The position numbers and the translations under genes are program-made. 64,000 nucleotides of DNA from Bacilli bacterium (GTDB lineage Bacteria; Bacillota_I; Bacilli_A; ML615J-28; CAG-698): contig JBMNLZ010000003.1 of assembly GCA_050953065.1 (NCBI GenBank), forward strand, positions 256,001 through 320,000, in the 5' to 3' direction. Under the pieces are notes generated by a model. It was not told the DNA's origin. It was given only the letters and a program-made list of their open reading frames with translations, and searched no databases. Shown piece by piece: positions 40,986 to 50,440 of the stretch; within the stretch, counting starts at the first letter, position 1; each line of letters begins with the position of its first letter.

Positions 40986-41093
40986 TTATAACACAACCAA
41001 TTTTTTATTTCAAGTATTTGAGGTGTTTTGTTTCAAGAATTTGAGGTATTTCATTTCAAGTATTTGAGGTGCTTTGTTTCAAGAATTTGAGGT
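40986..41093 (-). promoter_or_regulatory. Four 23-bp-period direct repeats overlapping the -35 of the ATPase promoter
   Basis: TTTCAAG(T/A)ATTTGAGGT at 41008, 41031, 41054 and 41077. On the minus strand the proximal copy supplies TTGAAA-17-TATAAT. Confidence 0.8.
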
Positions 41094-41581
41094 AAATACT
41101 TTTTGATAACAATAATATTCACTATCATATTCAAGTGTTTCTCCACAATTTTCAAAACCACTCTTATTATATAATTTTAATGCTGCATAATTTACTTTAC
41201 TAACTAAAAGTATCATGCCATCAAAACCTTTTTTTCTGGCAACATTAATAATATGATTTAAAAAAATCATCCCAATCCCTTTTTTATGATATAAAGGATC
41301 TATCCCAAAACGTGATAATTCACAAGGATTTTTTAAATCCCATTTTAAATCTTTTAATTCATCAAAACTACATAATGATGCAACACCAATTATTTGTCTA
41401 TCTTTTTTAAAACATATAGATAATTATTTTTTATATCTCTTTCTGCTAACTCTTTATTAGGATACTCTAAATCCCAAGGACAACCTGGAGTACCAACTAT
41501 TCTTTTATATAAATTATCTATTTCTAAAATATCTTTAATGCTTGCTAAATTAAATTCAAATTTTTCCATTTTAAAACTCAA
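41079..41581 (-). pseudogene. GNAT acetyltransferase split by a frameshift in an A-run near 41405
   Basis: YLYVLKK then a shifted frame DRQIIGVASL...ELSRFGIDPLYHKKGIG...NYAALKLYNKSGF. Confidence 0.8.
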
Positions 41582-41590
41582 TAACCTATA

Positions 41591-42055
41591 TTATTTCATA
41601 TTTTTTAATGATTCATAAAATTTAACTGCTTTTGCGATGTCTTTATCATTTGGTCTACCTTTAGCAATACCACCCCATCTTTTAAAAACATATGTATCAT
41701 ATCCACGACAATGAAATTTTCCTAATTCATTACAATTCTTCTTTTTAGCAATCCTACGCATTGCTTTTAGATATCCACCTACTGGTACTCCACAAGTGTA
41801 GATATAAAATATATCTTTTTCATCAGGCAAATAATTATTAGCATATTCTATTATTTGTTTAGCAAATTTAGAAAAATATATACCTGAAGCAAAGCCTATA
41901 AGATCATATGAAGAAATATCAGCACTGGGCTCTTCTAATACATCAATTAAATCAACTGAATTATCACTTTCTTTAATAGCTTCAACTATTTTTTTAGTAT
42001 TACCGTGATGTTTTGAATAATATACAATTACTGTTTTCATATTTCTTATTTCCAT
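41591..42055 (-). CDS. Flavodoxin-domain protein
   Basis: YYSKHHGNTKK, DLIGFASGIY and GGIAKGRP. Confidence 0.85.
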   Translation of the reverse strand: MEIRNMKTVIVYYSKHHGNTKKIVEAIKESDNSVDLIDVLEEPSADISSYDLIGFASGIYFSKFAKQIIEYANNYLPDEKDIFYIYTCGVPVGGYLKAMRRIAKKKNCNELGKFHCRGYDTYVFKRWGGIAKGRPNDKDIAKAVKFYESLKNMK

Positions 42056-42073
42056 TTTTACTATTATTAATTA

Positions 42074-43768
42074 TTATTTAATCGTAATACGTCCAGCTAC
42101 TTCCTGATAAACAGAAAAGTCACCATCTAAATTATCTTCTACATAATCAATTAATGTTTGATAGTCTGGTTGTGCAGAATCAACTAAAAGTTCATGATCC
42201 TTCAATAAAAGTCCCATGCCACAACCTCCATTCTTGATTATGTAATCAGATGAAGCAAGAGTATAAATAAAAGAAGGATTAATTAATTCCCATTCACCAT
42301 TCTTTAAAACATACACTTCACTAACACGGCGTGCACCTTCTTTAAAGCCAGTTAAGTTTCCATTACTATCCATTTCTACAGGAGTCTCTATTGAAGTATC
42401 AACTGTTACTTTAAGTCCAGAAATTTGCATAAAACTGCCAGATTCTCCATATGCTTCACCATTTTTTGCATATTCACTTTGCACATCCTTATAGAAATAC
42501 TCAAGCATATCAAGTACTTCAGCACCTGTTAGCTTAACTACACAGTTTAGATTTCCAAAAGGATGAACATTTATTAAGTCACTTAATTTAATATCACCAG
42601 CTTCTAAACTTGCACGAATACCTCCACCATTACACATACCAATATCAGCATTAAATACAATACGAACCGCATCAGCACAAAAATCACCAATTGCAGTTTC
42701 ACGAGAACGAACAATGCGTATGCCATCTTCATCCTTAATAGAAAGATCAAAATCAAGTGTAGCAATTTTATTGCTTAAAAATGCTTCATAGACTCCTTCT
42801 GCATTTTCTAACCACGCCTTAACCGTTTCATCTTTATTTTCATAATTAGAAATATTACTAGTCGTAATACTTCCTTCAGAAGAAATAATAAGTTCACCAA
42901 TATTAGTCATACCTGTACCAGTAGAAGCAAGTATAACTGTTTTATTATCCTTTGATGTTACTTCCATACCATCAATTACAGAATGTGAATGTCCATCAAG
43001 CACAACATCAATTCCAGTAGTATTTTTGATAACATTAGTAGAACTATACAAAACTTCTTCTTCAAAATAGCCAAGATGTGCTAGAAGAACAACAAATTCA
43101 GCACCTTCTAAACGGCAACTATCAACAGCATTTTGCACTGCTAAATATAAAGCATCACCAATACCATCTCTACAAAAATCATAAACTTGTTGACCGTTTT
43201 CTTCAAAATATGATGGAGTTGAACTAGAAGGCGTATAAGGAGTTGTTACACCTACAAAGCCAACCTTTGTTCCACCAAAATCCTTTATGGCATAAGGAGT
43301 TGTCTTTGAAAGCATATTTTCCCCATTACCAGTATAAGTAATATTACAGTTTAAATATTGTGCAGTTGATTCTTCAAGAATTGCTTTTGTTCCTTCAAGC
43401 TTATAATCAAACTCATGATTACCAAGTATGCAATAATCATATCCTACTTTATTTTTAGCTTCAATAATTAAAAGCCCTTTAGATGCGGCACTTAAATAAT
43501 TGCCTTGAACAGAATCTCCGCAATCTACTAAAGCTACATAAGGCGTATTTGCTTCTTTTTCTTGCTTATATGCTGCAAGACCATCCATGCCTATATTTTT
43601 GTTAATAGATGCATGAATGTCATTCGTATAAAGAATTACTATATCCTCTGTACGTTTTGATTCTTCATTCTCTCTTATTTTCTTACAACCCATAAGTGTA
43701 AAAATAAAGAACACCATCATACCTGTTAAAAAGAATACCATTAATTTTTTCTTTAAAATTCTTGACAT
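42074..43768 (-). CDS. Lipoprotein 5'-nucleotidase / bifunctional metallophosphatase
   Basis: Lipobox LMGC, then YTNDIH, DCGD, GNHEFD, DGHSH, NGGGIR and PFGN. Confidence 0.9.
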   Translation of the reverse strand: MSRILKKKLMVFFLTGMMVFFIFTLMGCKKIRENEESKRTEDIVILYTNDIHASINKNIGMDGLAAYKQEKEANTPYVALVDCGDSVQGNYLSAASKGLLIIEAKNKVGYDYCILGNHEFDYKLEGTKAILEESTAQYLNCNITYTGNGENMLSKTTPYAIKDFGGTKVGFVGVTTPYTPSSSTPSYFEENGQQVYDFCRDGIGDALYLAVQNAVDSCRLEGAEFVVLLAHLGYFEEEVLYSSTNVIKNTTGIDVVLDGHSHSVIDGMEVTSKDNKTVILASTGTGMTNIGELIISSEGSITTSNISNYENKDETVKAWLENAEGVYEAFLSNKIATLDFDLSIKDEDGIRIVRSRETAIGDFCADAVRIVFNADIGMCNGGGIRASLEAGDIKLSDLINVHPFGNLNCVVKLTGAEVLDMLEYFYKDVQSEYAKNGEAYGESGSFMQISGLKVTVDTSIETPVEMDSNGNLTGFKEGARRVSEVYVLKNGEWELINPSFIYTLASSDYIIKNGGCGMGLLLKDHELLVDSAQPDYQTLIDYVEDNLDGDFSVYQEVAGRITIK

Positions 43769-44046
43769 TTATTTTTCTCCTTTTTAATAATTAAAACTTT
43801 TAAATACATTTTTATTATACATCACATTTTTCTAAATATAGTATAACATTGTTTTTTATTTATTTGCAACGTTTTTTCTTAATGTTACAGATAAATCGTT
43901 GCAATTTAAAACATAATCCTTCTTTTGTTAATTCTTTATTACTTTAAGCCTATTATACAAAACGGGGTAAAATAAAGGTATTGATTTTTTTCAAAAAAAG
44001 GAGTACAATGAAGTAGTAAGTAGATAAAATTATGGAGGGTATTTTA

Positions 44047-45402
44047 ATGAAAAAAACAACAAGTATTTTATTAATGTTAGTAATGGGGTTAGTTTTTTTA
44101 AACCTATCAGCTTGTAATTCAAGCAAAAAAAATGAAGCTTTATACTCGCTTGATATTAGCGATGCACAAAGTCTTTTTGTAGGAATAGCAGAACAAGCAT
44201 CTCCTACAAGTAATGTTACTAAACTTAGTGCAAATAGCAGCACTAAACTTGCAGCATCTGCTGAACCTAAAATTAAAAAATTATTTAAAATTACAGAAGA
44301 AGGCTATGTTGAAGAAGTTGAGTATACATATGTTGATAGCAAAGGAAATCAAACACAATCAAAAGAAATAAACATTCCAACATTTGTAAAAAATGTCAAT
44401 GATACTTTTTTACTAATAGCATTTGAAAATGACGCACTTTATTTAGTGAATAAAACAAACGGAAGATGTTATTTGTTTCCAAAAGGTATTGTAATGGCAC
44501 TTACAAGAAATAGTAACCTTGAATTTTCTGACTATGTTCCAAATTGTGAGTTTTTCAATACTGATGCAGAAGGCAATTTTTATTTTATGGATAGAAATGG
44601 TAAACTTCAAAAAGTTATAATTGCTGATCCTGATAATATACAAGTTACTGTTGCATCAATTGAATCAGACGAGTTAGATTGGAATAGTATTTCAGCAGTT
44701 TCTTCTAATGGTGAGATTGCATATCGCGGTAAAGACAAAAACGGTAATGACATAAATAGATTTATTACACAAAGCGGATCATTTGTAAATATGGGCGATG
44801 CTACATCTGGTGGTGATTATTGGACTGGATTTGATGGAAAAATTTATTGTGTAAATAATTATAAACTATGCAGATTAAAATATGAAAATTCTGCGATAAC
44901 TTATGAAATAATTGCTGATGAATTTAATCATTTTAATTACGATGGTACAGCACAATATTATGCAGGTAGCAATAATGGAGGACGAGTATATTTTAAGGAA
45001 CATAATAAAATTTTTGCGATGGCAAATCAACATATTATTGAAGTTTATAACCCAACATTAAATGTAGTTTCAAAAAGCTATAGTGATTTTGGAATATCTA
45101 AACCAAAAATATATTCAAATTCAGATGATTGTTTATATATGTTTGCTGTAACTCCAGAAAATAATTCAGTTTTAATAAAAGTTGATGTTTCTGGTGATGA
45201 GTATACTAAAACAGTTTTATTAGAAAACAAATATGATATCGACAAAATGGCTGTAAACAGCGAAGGAGTAGTTTCATTTACTGGTTTAAGGATGTCAGAT
45301 TCAGCTTATGTTGTTGGTACAATAGATGCTGATGGTGTAGAACATATTTCTAGCATCTCATTCCAAGAAGACAGTGTTCAATCTTTAATCAATTTAAATT
45401 AA
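44047..45402 (+). CDS. Putative lipoprotein, beta-rich
   Basis: MKK + hydrophobic stretch + lipobox LSAC. Long ORF with its own terminator. Confidence 0.7.
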   Translation: MKKTTSILLMLVMGLVFLNLSACNSSKKNEALYSLDISDAQSLFVGIAEQASPTSNVTKLSANSSTKLAASAEPKIKKLFKITEEGYVEEVEYTYVDSKGNQTQSKEINIPTFVKNVNDTFLLIAFENDALYLVNKTNGRCYLFPKGIVMALTRNSNLEFSDYVPNCEFFNTDAEGNFYFMDRNGKLQKVIIADPDNIQVTVASIESDELDWNSISAVSSNGEIAYRGKDKNGNDINRFITQSGSFVNMGDATSGGDYWTGFDGKIYCVNNYKLCRLKYENSAITYEIIADEFNHFNYDGTAQYYAGSNNGGRVYFKEHNKIFAMANQHIIEVYNPTLNVVSKSYSDFGISKPKIYSNSDDCLYMFAVTPENNSVLIKVDVSGDEYTKTVLLENKYDIDKMAVNSEGVVSFTGLRMSDSAYVVGTIDADGVEHISSISFQEDSVQSLINLN

Positions 45403-45430
45403 TTATTATGTTTGTTTGATTATAATATAA

Positions 45431-45464
45431 TAAAATTCTCCCCAAAGTTTGGGGAGAATTTTTA
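45431..45464. terminator. Intrinsic terminator
   Basis: AAAATTCTCCCCAAA-G-TTTGGGGAGAATTTTT. Confidence 0.8.
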
Positions 45465-45581
45465 TTTACCAAGTAATTTTAGAAATATAAAACCACTCAT
45501 TATCTTTACTTTTTTTGTTTGAAATCTTTACTTTTTGATTGTTTTATGCTATAACAAGTAAAGATTTAAAAGGGGGTATTT

Positions 45582-46493
45582 ATGTATTCTTACAAACCTT
45601 TAGAAACAAAACTCAATAATTTAGGCTTAACCAAATCAGATTTAACTACAAAACTTGGTATTTCATCAAGAACTATTGCAAAACTTTCAAAAGGAGAAAA
45701 ACTAGCAAATCATGTCCTTCTTAAAATTGCTGATTTCTTACATTGCAATCCAGAAGACTTATTTAGATTTGTTTGCGATAACCACATTTTACAAATTCTT
45801 CGTGAAGAAAAAGAAGCAAAGGTATCTGGTGGTCTTTACCATGAATTGCAAGTTAGAATGACTTTTAACTCCAATCGGATTGAAGGCTCTAAACTAACCG
45901 AAGACCAAACACGGTTAATCTTCAAAACACGAACAATCAATGTCGGTGATGATGTGCCAGTTGATGATATTATTGAAACAAGCAATCACTTCCAAGCTAT
46001 TGATTATGTCATTGATTCTGCTCTCAAACCTTTAAGCGAAGAAATCATTATGGACCTTCATTTACTTTTAAAGCAAAGTACTAAAGATTCCTCACTCGAC
46101 TGGTTCATCGTTGGTGATTATAAAAAACGAGCCAATCTAGTCGGTGGCAAAGAAACTTGCAAGCCAAGTGAAGTTCCTAAAATCATGAGCAAACTAATTA
46201 ACGATTTTACTTCAAAAAAAGCCATTACAATCAATGACATAGTTGAGTTTCATGCTGATTTTGAATATATCCATCCATTTCAAGATGGTAATGGTAGAGT
46301 CGGTAGATTGATTGCTTTGAAAGAATGTTTAAAATTTAATATCATTCCTTTCATAATCGAAGATTCAAAAAAAGCTTTTTACTACCGAGGTCTTTCTAAT
46401 TGGAAACAAGAGAAAAGCTGGCTCATTGATACTTGCCTTAATGGGCAAGATACTTTCAAAAAAATTCTAAAAACACTTGATATTCAAGAATAA
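45582..46493 (+). CDS. Xre-HTH / Fic domain protein
   Basis: N-terminal HTH_26-like domain, SNRIEG, and canonical Fic motif HPFQDGNGRVGR. Confidence 0.9.
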   Translation: MYSYKPLETKLNNLGLTKSDLTTKLGISSRTIAKLSKGEKLANHVLLKIADFLHCNPEDLFRFVCDNHILQILREEKEAKVSGGLYHELQVRMTFNSNRIEGSKLTEDQTRLIFKTRTINVGDDVPVDDIIETSNHFQAIDYVIDSALKPLSEEIIMDLHLLLKQSTKDSSLDWFIVGDYKKRANLVGGKETCKPSEVPKIMSKLINDFTSKKAITINDIVEFHADFEYIHPFQDGNGRVGRLIALKECLKFNIIPFIIEDSKKAFYYRGLSNWKQEKSWLIDTCLNGQDTFKKILKTLDIQE

Positions 46494-46499
46494 TTTTTT

Positions 46500-46528
46500 A
46501 AGTCGTCCTAAAAAGGACGACTTTTTTT
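46500..46528 (+). terminator. Intrinsic terminator
   Basis: AAGTCGTCCT-aaa-AGGACGACTTTTTTT. Confidence 0.8.
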
Positions 46529-47056
46529 ATTTGGCTAGATATCTATCATTAAACTCAATATGAAATTTGTTGGTTTTGTAGATAATTCAAAAATTCAGAA
46601 TTTTCTCATAGCTTCTTCTTTTACAAGTTCCCTTTCTCCACAAATATATTTATATGATTATATATGCCGAAAATTAACCTCTGGTTATGAGCAACAAAAA
46701 AAGTTTGATATTTTATATCAAACCCTTGCTTCTTATGAATATTTGGATTATATGAAGAAGTTTGGGGTTTGAGTACACCTATGAATTTCTTTGGAGTCAC
46801 CACTATCTTCTTCATAGAGGCTAAATTCTTCTAGGATAAAGTATAGTTTAATTTATTATATTAATAGATGAATCTATAAAAACAACCAAATAACAATAAA
46901 AATTCAGAAATAAATAAAAGGCATTTCATAATTGTGAAGTGCCTTTTTTTGATCACTAACTTCTCCAAAGGGCCCTTCTTATTTGGTAAAGAATAATCAT
47001 TTTAATACAAAGCAAATACACATACCTTTTGGTAAAATGTTCTCTACACTATTATT

Positions 47057-47227
47057 TTATACTTCTTTTTCAAAAACTACAACACAGGCACCTAGTCAAG
47101 CAGAAAAGTCATATTTGACTAATCTCCAGCCTTCAATTACTCTTTTATTTAGTAAGCCTTGTAGTTTTACAGTTAAGTTCTTTTTGCTTATTCCATAAGC
47201 TATTGTTTCAGTTAAATACTAGTACAT
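47057..47227 (-). pseudogene. DUF4177-like small gene with two in-frame stops
   Basis: MY*YLTETIAYG...LLNKRVIEGWRLVKYDFSA*LGACVVVFEKEV. An HTH remnant (ELADRLNVPFATVNRW) lies upstream. Confidence 0.45.
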
Positions 47228-47573
47228 AAATTTCAATTTCCTTTTCAATGGCATTACATCTTTCTCATAGTATTGTAGATAATTTTTGTAATTTCTAATA
47301 TACCCAAAGTTTTGATAGGGAAAATAATAACCGTAGTCCATCTATTAACCGTTGCGAACGGAACATTTAATCTATCAGCTAATTCTGTTATGTTATATTC
47401 AATTTAGTTCTAATCACTGTTACCAATTTTAAATAATTTATATAGCGTATCTTACAATAATATGACTCATATAACATTTTATAGCCTATTTTTCAATCAA
47501 ATGAGTACACTAAATTTATAAATTTGAATACTCCTACTTTTTTGAGTAAATAATTAAAACATCAGTATTGAAA

Positions 47574-48107
47574 CTAATCAGAAATTGCTTTATTAATTTC
47601 ATTATAATTCCAATATTCTTTTCCATCAGTTTCTTTATAATACATAACTATGTGAGTTCCATAGCCTTTTATGCATTCAGGGCATTTTGATTTATCAACA
47701 TTTGCATAATTATAAATAACAACTATTTTTTTGATTAAGTTGTCTTGATAATCTTTTAATGCCATTTCACATTCATATTCTATATAGCTTCTATAATCCA
47801 AAGCATTATTTCTACAACATCTCTTATTATAACTGTTGTAACTTTTACAATGTTGGCATCCCCCTTTTGTTAAATTTTTAGTTTGCTTTCCAACAATTAA
47901 TACGAATGTTTTAGAAACATTTAGCCTTTTTCGTAATGATGTTTTAATACTGCATAATAAATCATCATCCGATGCTTGTGTATATTCATGCGCATCAACA
48001 AAATCAAGTGTTAACTTATTATTTTTTTTCCATTCATATAATGTTTTTATTGCATCTTCATCTCCAGTCCAATCTCCAGCAATATATGTTTTAGTTCTAT
48101 ATTCCAT
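47574..48107 (-). CDS. thsB: ThsB-like TIR (DUF1863) protein with Cys-rich insert
   Basis: SIKTSLRKRLNVSKTFVLIVG and SYIEYECEMA (catalytic-type Glu). Insert CQHC...RCC. Confidence 0.75.
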   Translation of the reverse strand: MEYRTKTYIAGDWTGDEDAIKTLYEWKKNNKLTLDFVDAHEYTQASDDDLLCSIKTSLRKRLNVSKTFVLIVGKQTKNLTKGGCQHCKSYNSYNKRCCRNNALDYRSYIEYECEMALKDYQDNLIKKIVVIYNYANVDKSKCPECIKGYGTHIVMYYKETDGKEYWNYNEINKAISD

Positions 48108-48133
48108 TTTATTCTCCTTTATATTTTTTTAAT

Positions 48134-48799
48134 TTATTTTTTAATTATAGAAAGCAAATCTTTTATTGAATTAACAGTATAGAAATCACTTGTTTTAAGA
48201 GGAAACTCAATTGAAAATGAAAAACGGGAATCATGAACCAATTGTTCCTTTAAGTGTTTGAGTTCATTTTCGAATTCATTAGCAATTTTGTTTTCTAAAT
48301 AAAGCCACGGCGATAAAGTTTGTTTTAACTTACCAGTATTAATGAATATAAAAATTTTAGACGACTTTATGGTATCAATTAACGAATCAGCCAAAATCAT
48401 ATTAAAAGTTGACGCAGATTGTCGTACTTTATCGTAAGAAAGTTTCCCATTATCCTTGCTATTAATTTCATCAAATTCAACTTGAGAATCATCAATGCTT
48501 TTCCAAAAAAAGGAATCAATAAAAACCTTGTAACTATTATTCATTAATACATTAGCTACATATGTTGCAATCTCTTCGTCATCATGCGAATAAGAGATAA
48601 AAATATCACAGTCCTTTACTATTGGGACAATAGATTTTCTAATTTTTTCCATAGGCATTTTGCTTGAAGATTTGAGTGCTTCATCAATTTTCATATTTAA
48701 ATTATTATTTAAACATTTAAATGCACAGCCATCATAACTATCCTGAATTTCACTTTTGGTTATTTTTAAAACTATTTTTTTCATTACATAATTCCCCAT
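48134..48799 (-). CDS. TIR domain protein
   Basis: DIFISYSHDD, VFIDSFFW and SPWLYLE. Confidence 0.8.
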   Translation of the reverse strand: MGNYVMKKIVLKITKSEIQDSYDGCAFKCLNNNLNMKIDEALKSSSKMPMEKIRKSIVPIVKDCDIFISYSHDDEEIATYVANVLMNNSYKVFIDSFFWKSIDDSQVEFDEINSKDNGKLSYDKVRQSASTFNMILADSLIDTIKSSKIFIFINTGKLKQTLSPWLYLENKIANEFENELKHLKEQLVHDSRFSFSIEFPLKTSDFYTVNSIKDLLSIIKK

Positions 48800-49347
48800 G
48801 ATTTATAAGCCTGATCATTATAGTAATTTAATGATGTTGCTGGATAATTATTATCAACAACTGAAAATTGAGAAATAGCAGCAAAAATTGGTTCTTTTTT
48901 AAAAGGAACATGAATACATTTTGCCAACTTATTATTAATATACTTTAAAAGATTTTTACACCACGCCGATGAAAGAAGTGAAGGGTCTTTAATCTTTTTA
49001 TAGCCGACATAAACTACAATAATAGGAAGTTTATATGTTACGACAGCTAGTTCAATTTCATAATTCAACATTCCTCTATTGAAACTTGTATCATTAGAAA
49101 TAATAACTAAAAAGTTTTTAGAATTCTTCATTCTGTCTTTAAGTCGTTGTTTAAGTGTTTCTTCAGAACTTGAATCTCTAACCTGGTATGTTTTGCTATG
49201 ACTATCACTAAAAGTAAATTCAATATCACTATTTTCTTTCCATGCCTTCAATAATTGAAAGTATTTTTGGTCACTTTTTGTGGGGTCAACTTCATTATTT
49301 CCATCGAAAGCTACGTATGTTCCATTTCTATAATCACTCATTTTCAT
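48784..49347 (-). CDS. thsB: ThsB-like TIR (DUF1863) protein
   Basis: YRNGTYVAFDG, TLKQRLKDRMKNSK and LNYEIELAV...LPII. Confidence 0.82.
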   Translation of the reverse strand: MKMSDYRNGTYVAFDGNNEVDPTKSDQKYFQLLKAWKENSDIEFTFSDSHSKTYQVRDSSSEETLKQRLKDRMKNSKNFLVIISNDTSFNRGMLNYEIELAVVTYKLPIIVVYVGYKKIKDPSLLSSAWCKNLLKYINNKLAKCIHVPFKKEPIFAAISQFSVVDNNYPATSLNYYNDQAYKSWGIM

Positions 49348-50192
49348 TCTCCTTTTTCAAAAGTTCTTAATCTTTCAAAATTAATCTTATTTCTTATTTT
49401 TGGTAGCAAAACAATATTAAGAGATGCTGGATCTGAAAAAGATACTTTAGATAATTTAAAGGTTGAAATCATTGCCTCTAGTGCATCTTGATATGAAATA
49501 CTTGTTCCATCAATCCTTGTTATTCCAGTGCCACATAGTGGTAAATATAATTTTTTTAAATTATAAATTCCATTAAGTTCATTCCACATTCTAAGCAAAC
49601 AGCATACATATTCTTCACTTGAAATATTGCTATTATCATTTTCATCAAAACTACTAAAAGCAACTAAAGCGTATCTCCCTTGGTATATAATCGTTGTTCC
49701 TAATTCATATTTTGTCGTACGCCCGCCATTTATTCTGTTACAATTTTCTTTTTTTATTCTTTTCTTTTTACTTAATAAACAATTATCTATTTCTTTTTCA
49801 AAAGCTCTAACATCATTTATATGCTTATCTATAAATATTCCATTTCTAGAATTATGTGCTATTATTTTATCATCAACAATAACATCAAAATATTCATTAA
49901 AATTTACCGTTTCAATACCATCATTAAAGTCTTCCAAATTTCCAAATAATATATTAACATTGGTGTTATTAATCGTTAATGTTATTGAATCGGATTTTTT
50001 CGCTTTTGAATACATAATCAAATAAGAGAACACTATTGCAACAATACATAAACTAAAACAAATTATTGGGATATACCAAGGGAGTAAAAATGAACCTATA
50101 ATAGTAATTACAAACGAAAATATTGTTTCAATAATACCTAATGGTTTAAGAAAACGCTCAAGTAGATTTTTATCAAAAAATTTAATATTCAT
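49344..50192 (-). CDS. thsA: Thoeris type II ThsA-like effector (2 TM + Macro domain)
   Basis: Two N-terminal TMs, then FNEYFD..VDDKIIA..S.NG.F, YELGT and LPLCGTGITR. Translationally coupled to the TIR genes. Confidence 0.82.
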   Translation of the reverse strand: MNIKFFDKNLLERFLKPLGIIETIFSFVITIIGSFLLPWYIPIICFSLCIVAIVFSYLIMYSKAKKSDSITLTINNTNVNILFGNLEDFNDGIETVNFNEYFDVIVDDKIIAHNSRNGIFIDKHINDVRAFEKEIDNCLLSKKKRIKKENCNRINGGRTTKYELGTTIIYQGRYALVAFSSFDENDNSNISSEEYVCCLLRMWNELNGIYNLKKLYLPLCGTGITRIDGTSISYQDALEAMISTFKLSKVSFSDPASLNIVLLPKIRNKINFERLRTFEKGE

Positions 50193-50239
50193 AATTCCCT
50201 CGTATAATTAATTAAAAAAAATTTTATATCTTATTAATT

Positions 50240-50332
50240 TCTTTCTTAATTTTGTCATTGTGTTGGGTGCTATATCTGCTACTTTTCTTAGATCAGCTTT
50301 ACTCTTTTTTTGTCTGCTAGTAGTTTCCATCT
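50240..50332 (-). pseudogene. Fragment of an Xre/HTH_26 regulator
   Basis: WKLLADKK / SKADLRKVADIAPNTMTKLRK with a frameshift. Both ends are missing. Confidence 0.6.
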
Positions 50333-50365
50333 AATATGTGTTGAGTTACCTATTTTAATACAATT

Positions 50366-50433
50366 ACGCACCCTTGCAAAAAATCACGCACCCTAAGGTC
50401 AAATCACGCACCCCTGACTAGTTTTACGCACCC
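50366..50433. repeat. Four ACGCACCC direct repeats with exact 20-bp period
   Basis: Copies at 50366, 50386, 50406 and 50426. GC-rich motif in an AT-rich background. Confidence 0.9.
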
Positions 50434-50440
50434 CTAGTCA

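Noticed and set aside
41008-41093. Mini-CRISPR or plasmid iterons (also the arrays at 18833 and 50366)
   Set aside because: Spacers are only 6-12 bp and there is no Rep or cas gene nearby.
46560-46815. Two overlapping small ORFs as a toxin-antitoxin pair
   Set aside because: No recognisable motifs or RBS. The region looks like decayed sequence.
47057-47227. UGA=Trp recoding (genetic code 4)
   Set aside because: The in-frame TGA is in a decayed gene that also has a TAG. Intact genes use TGG for Trp and several end in TGA.
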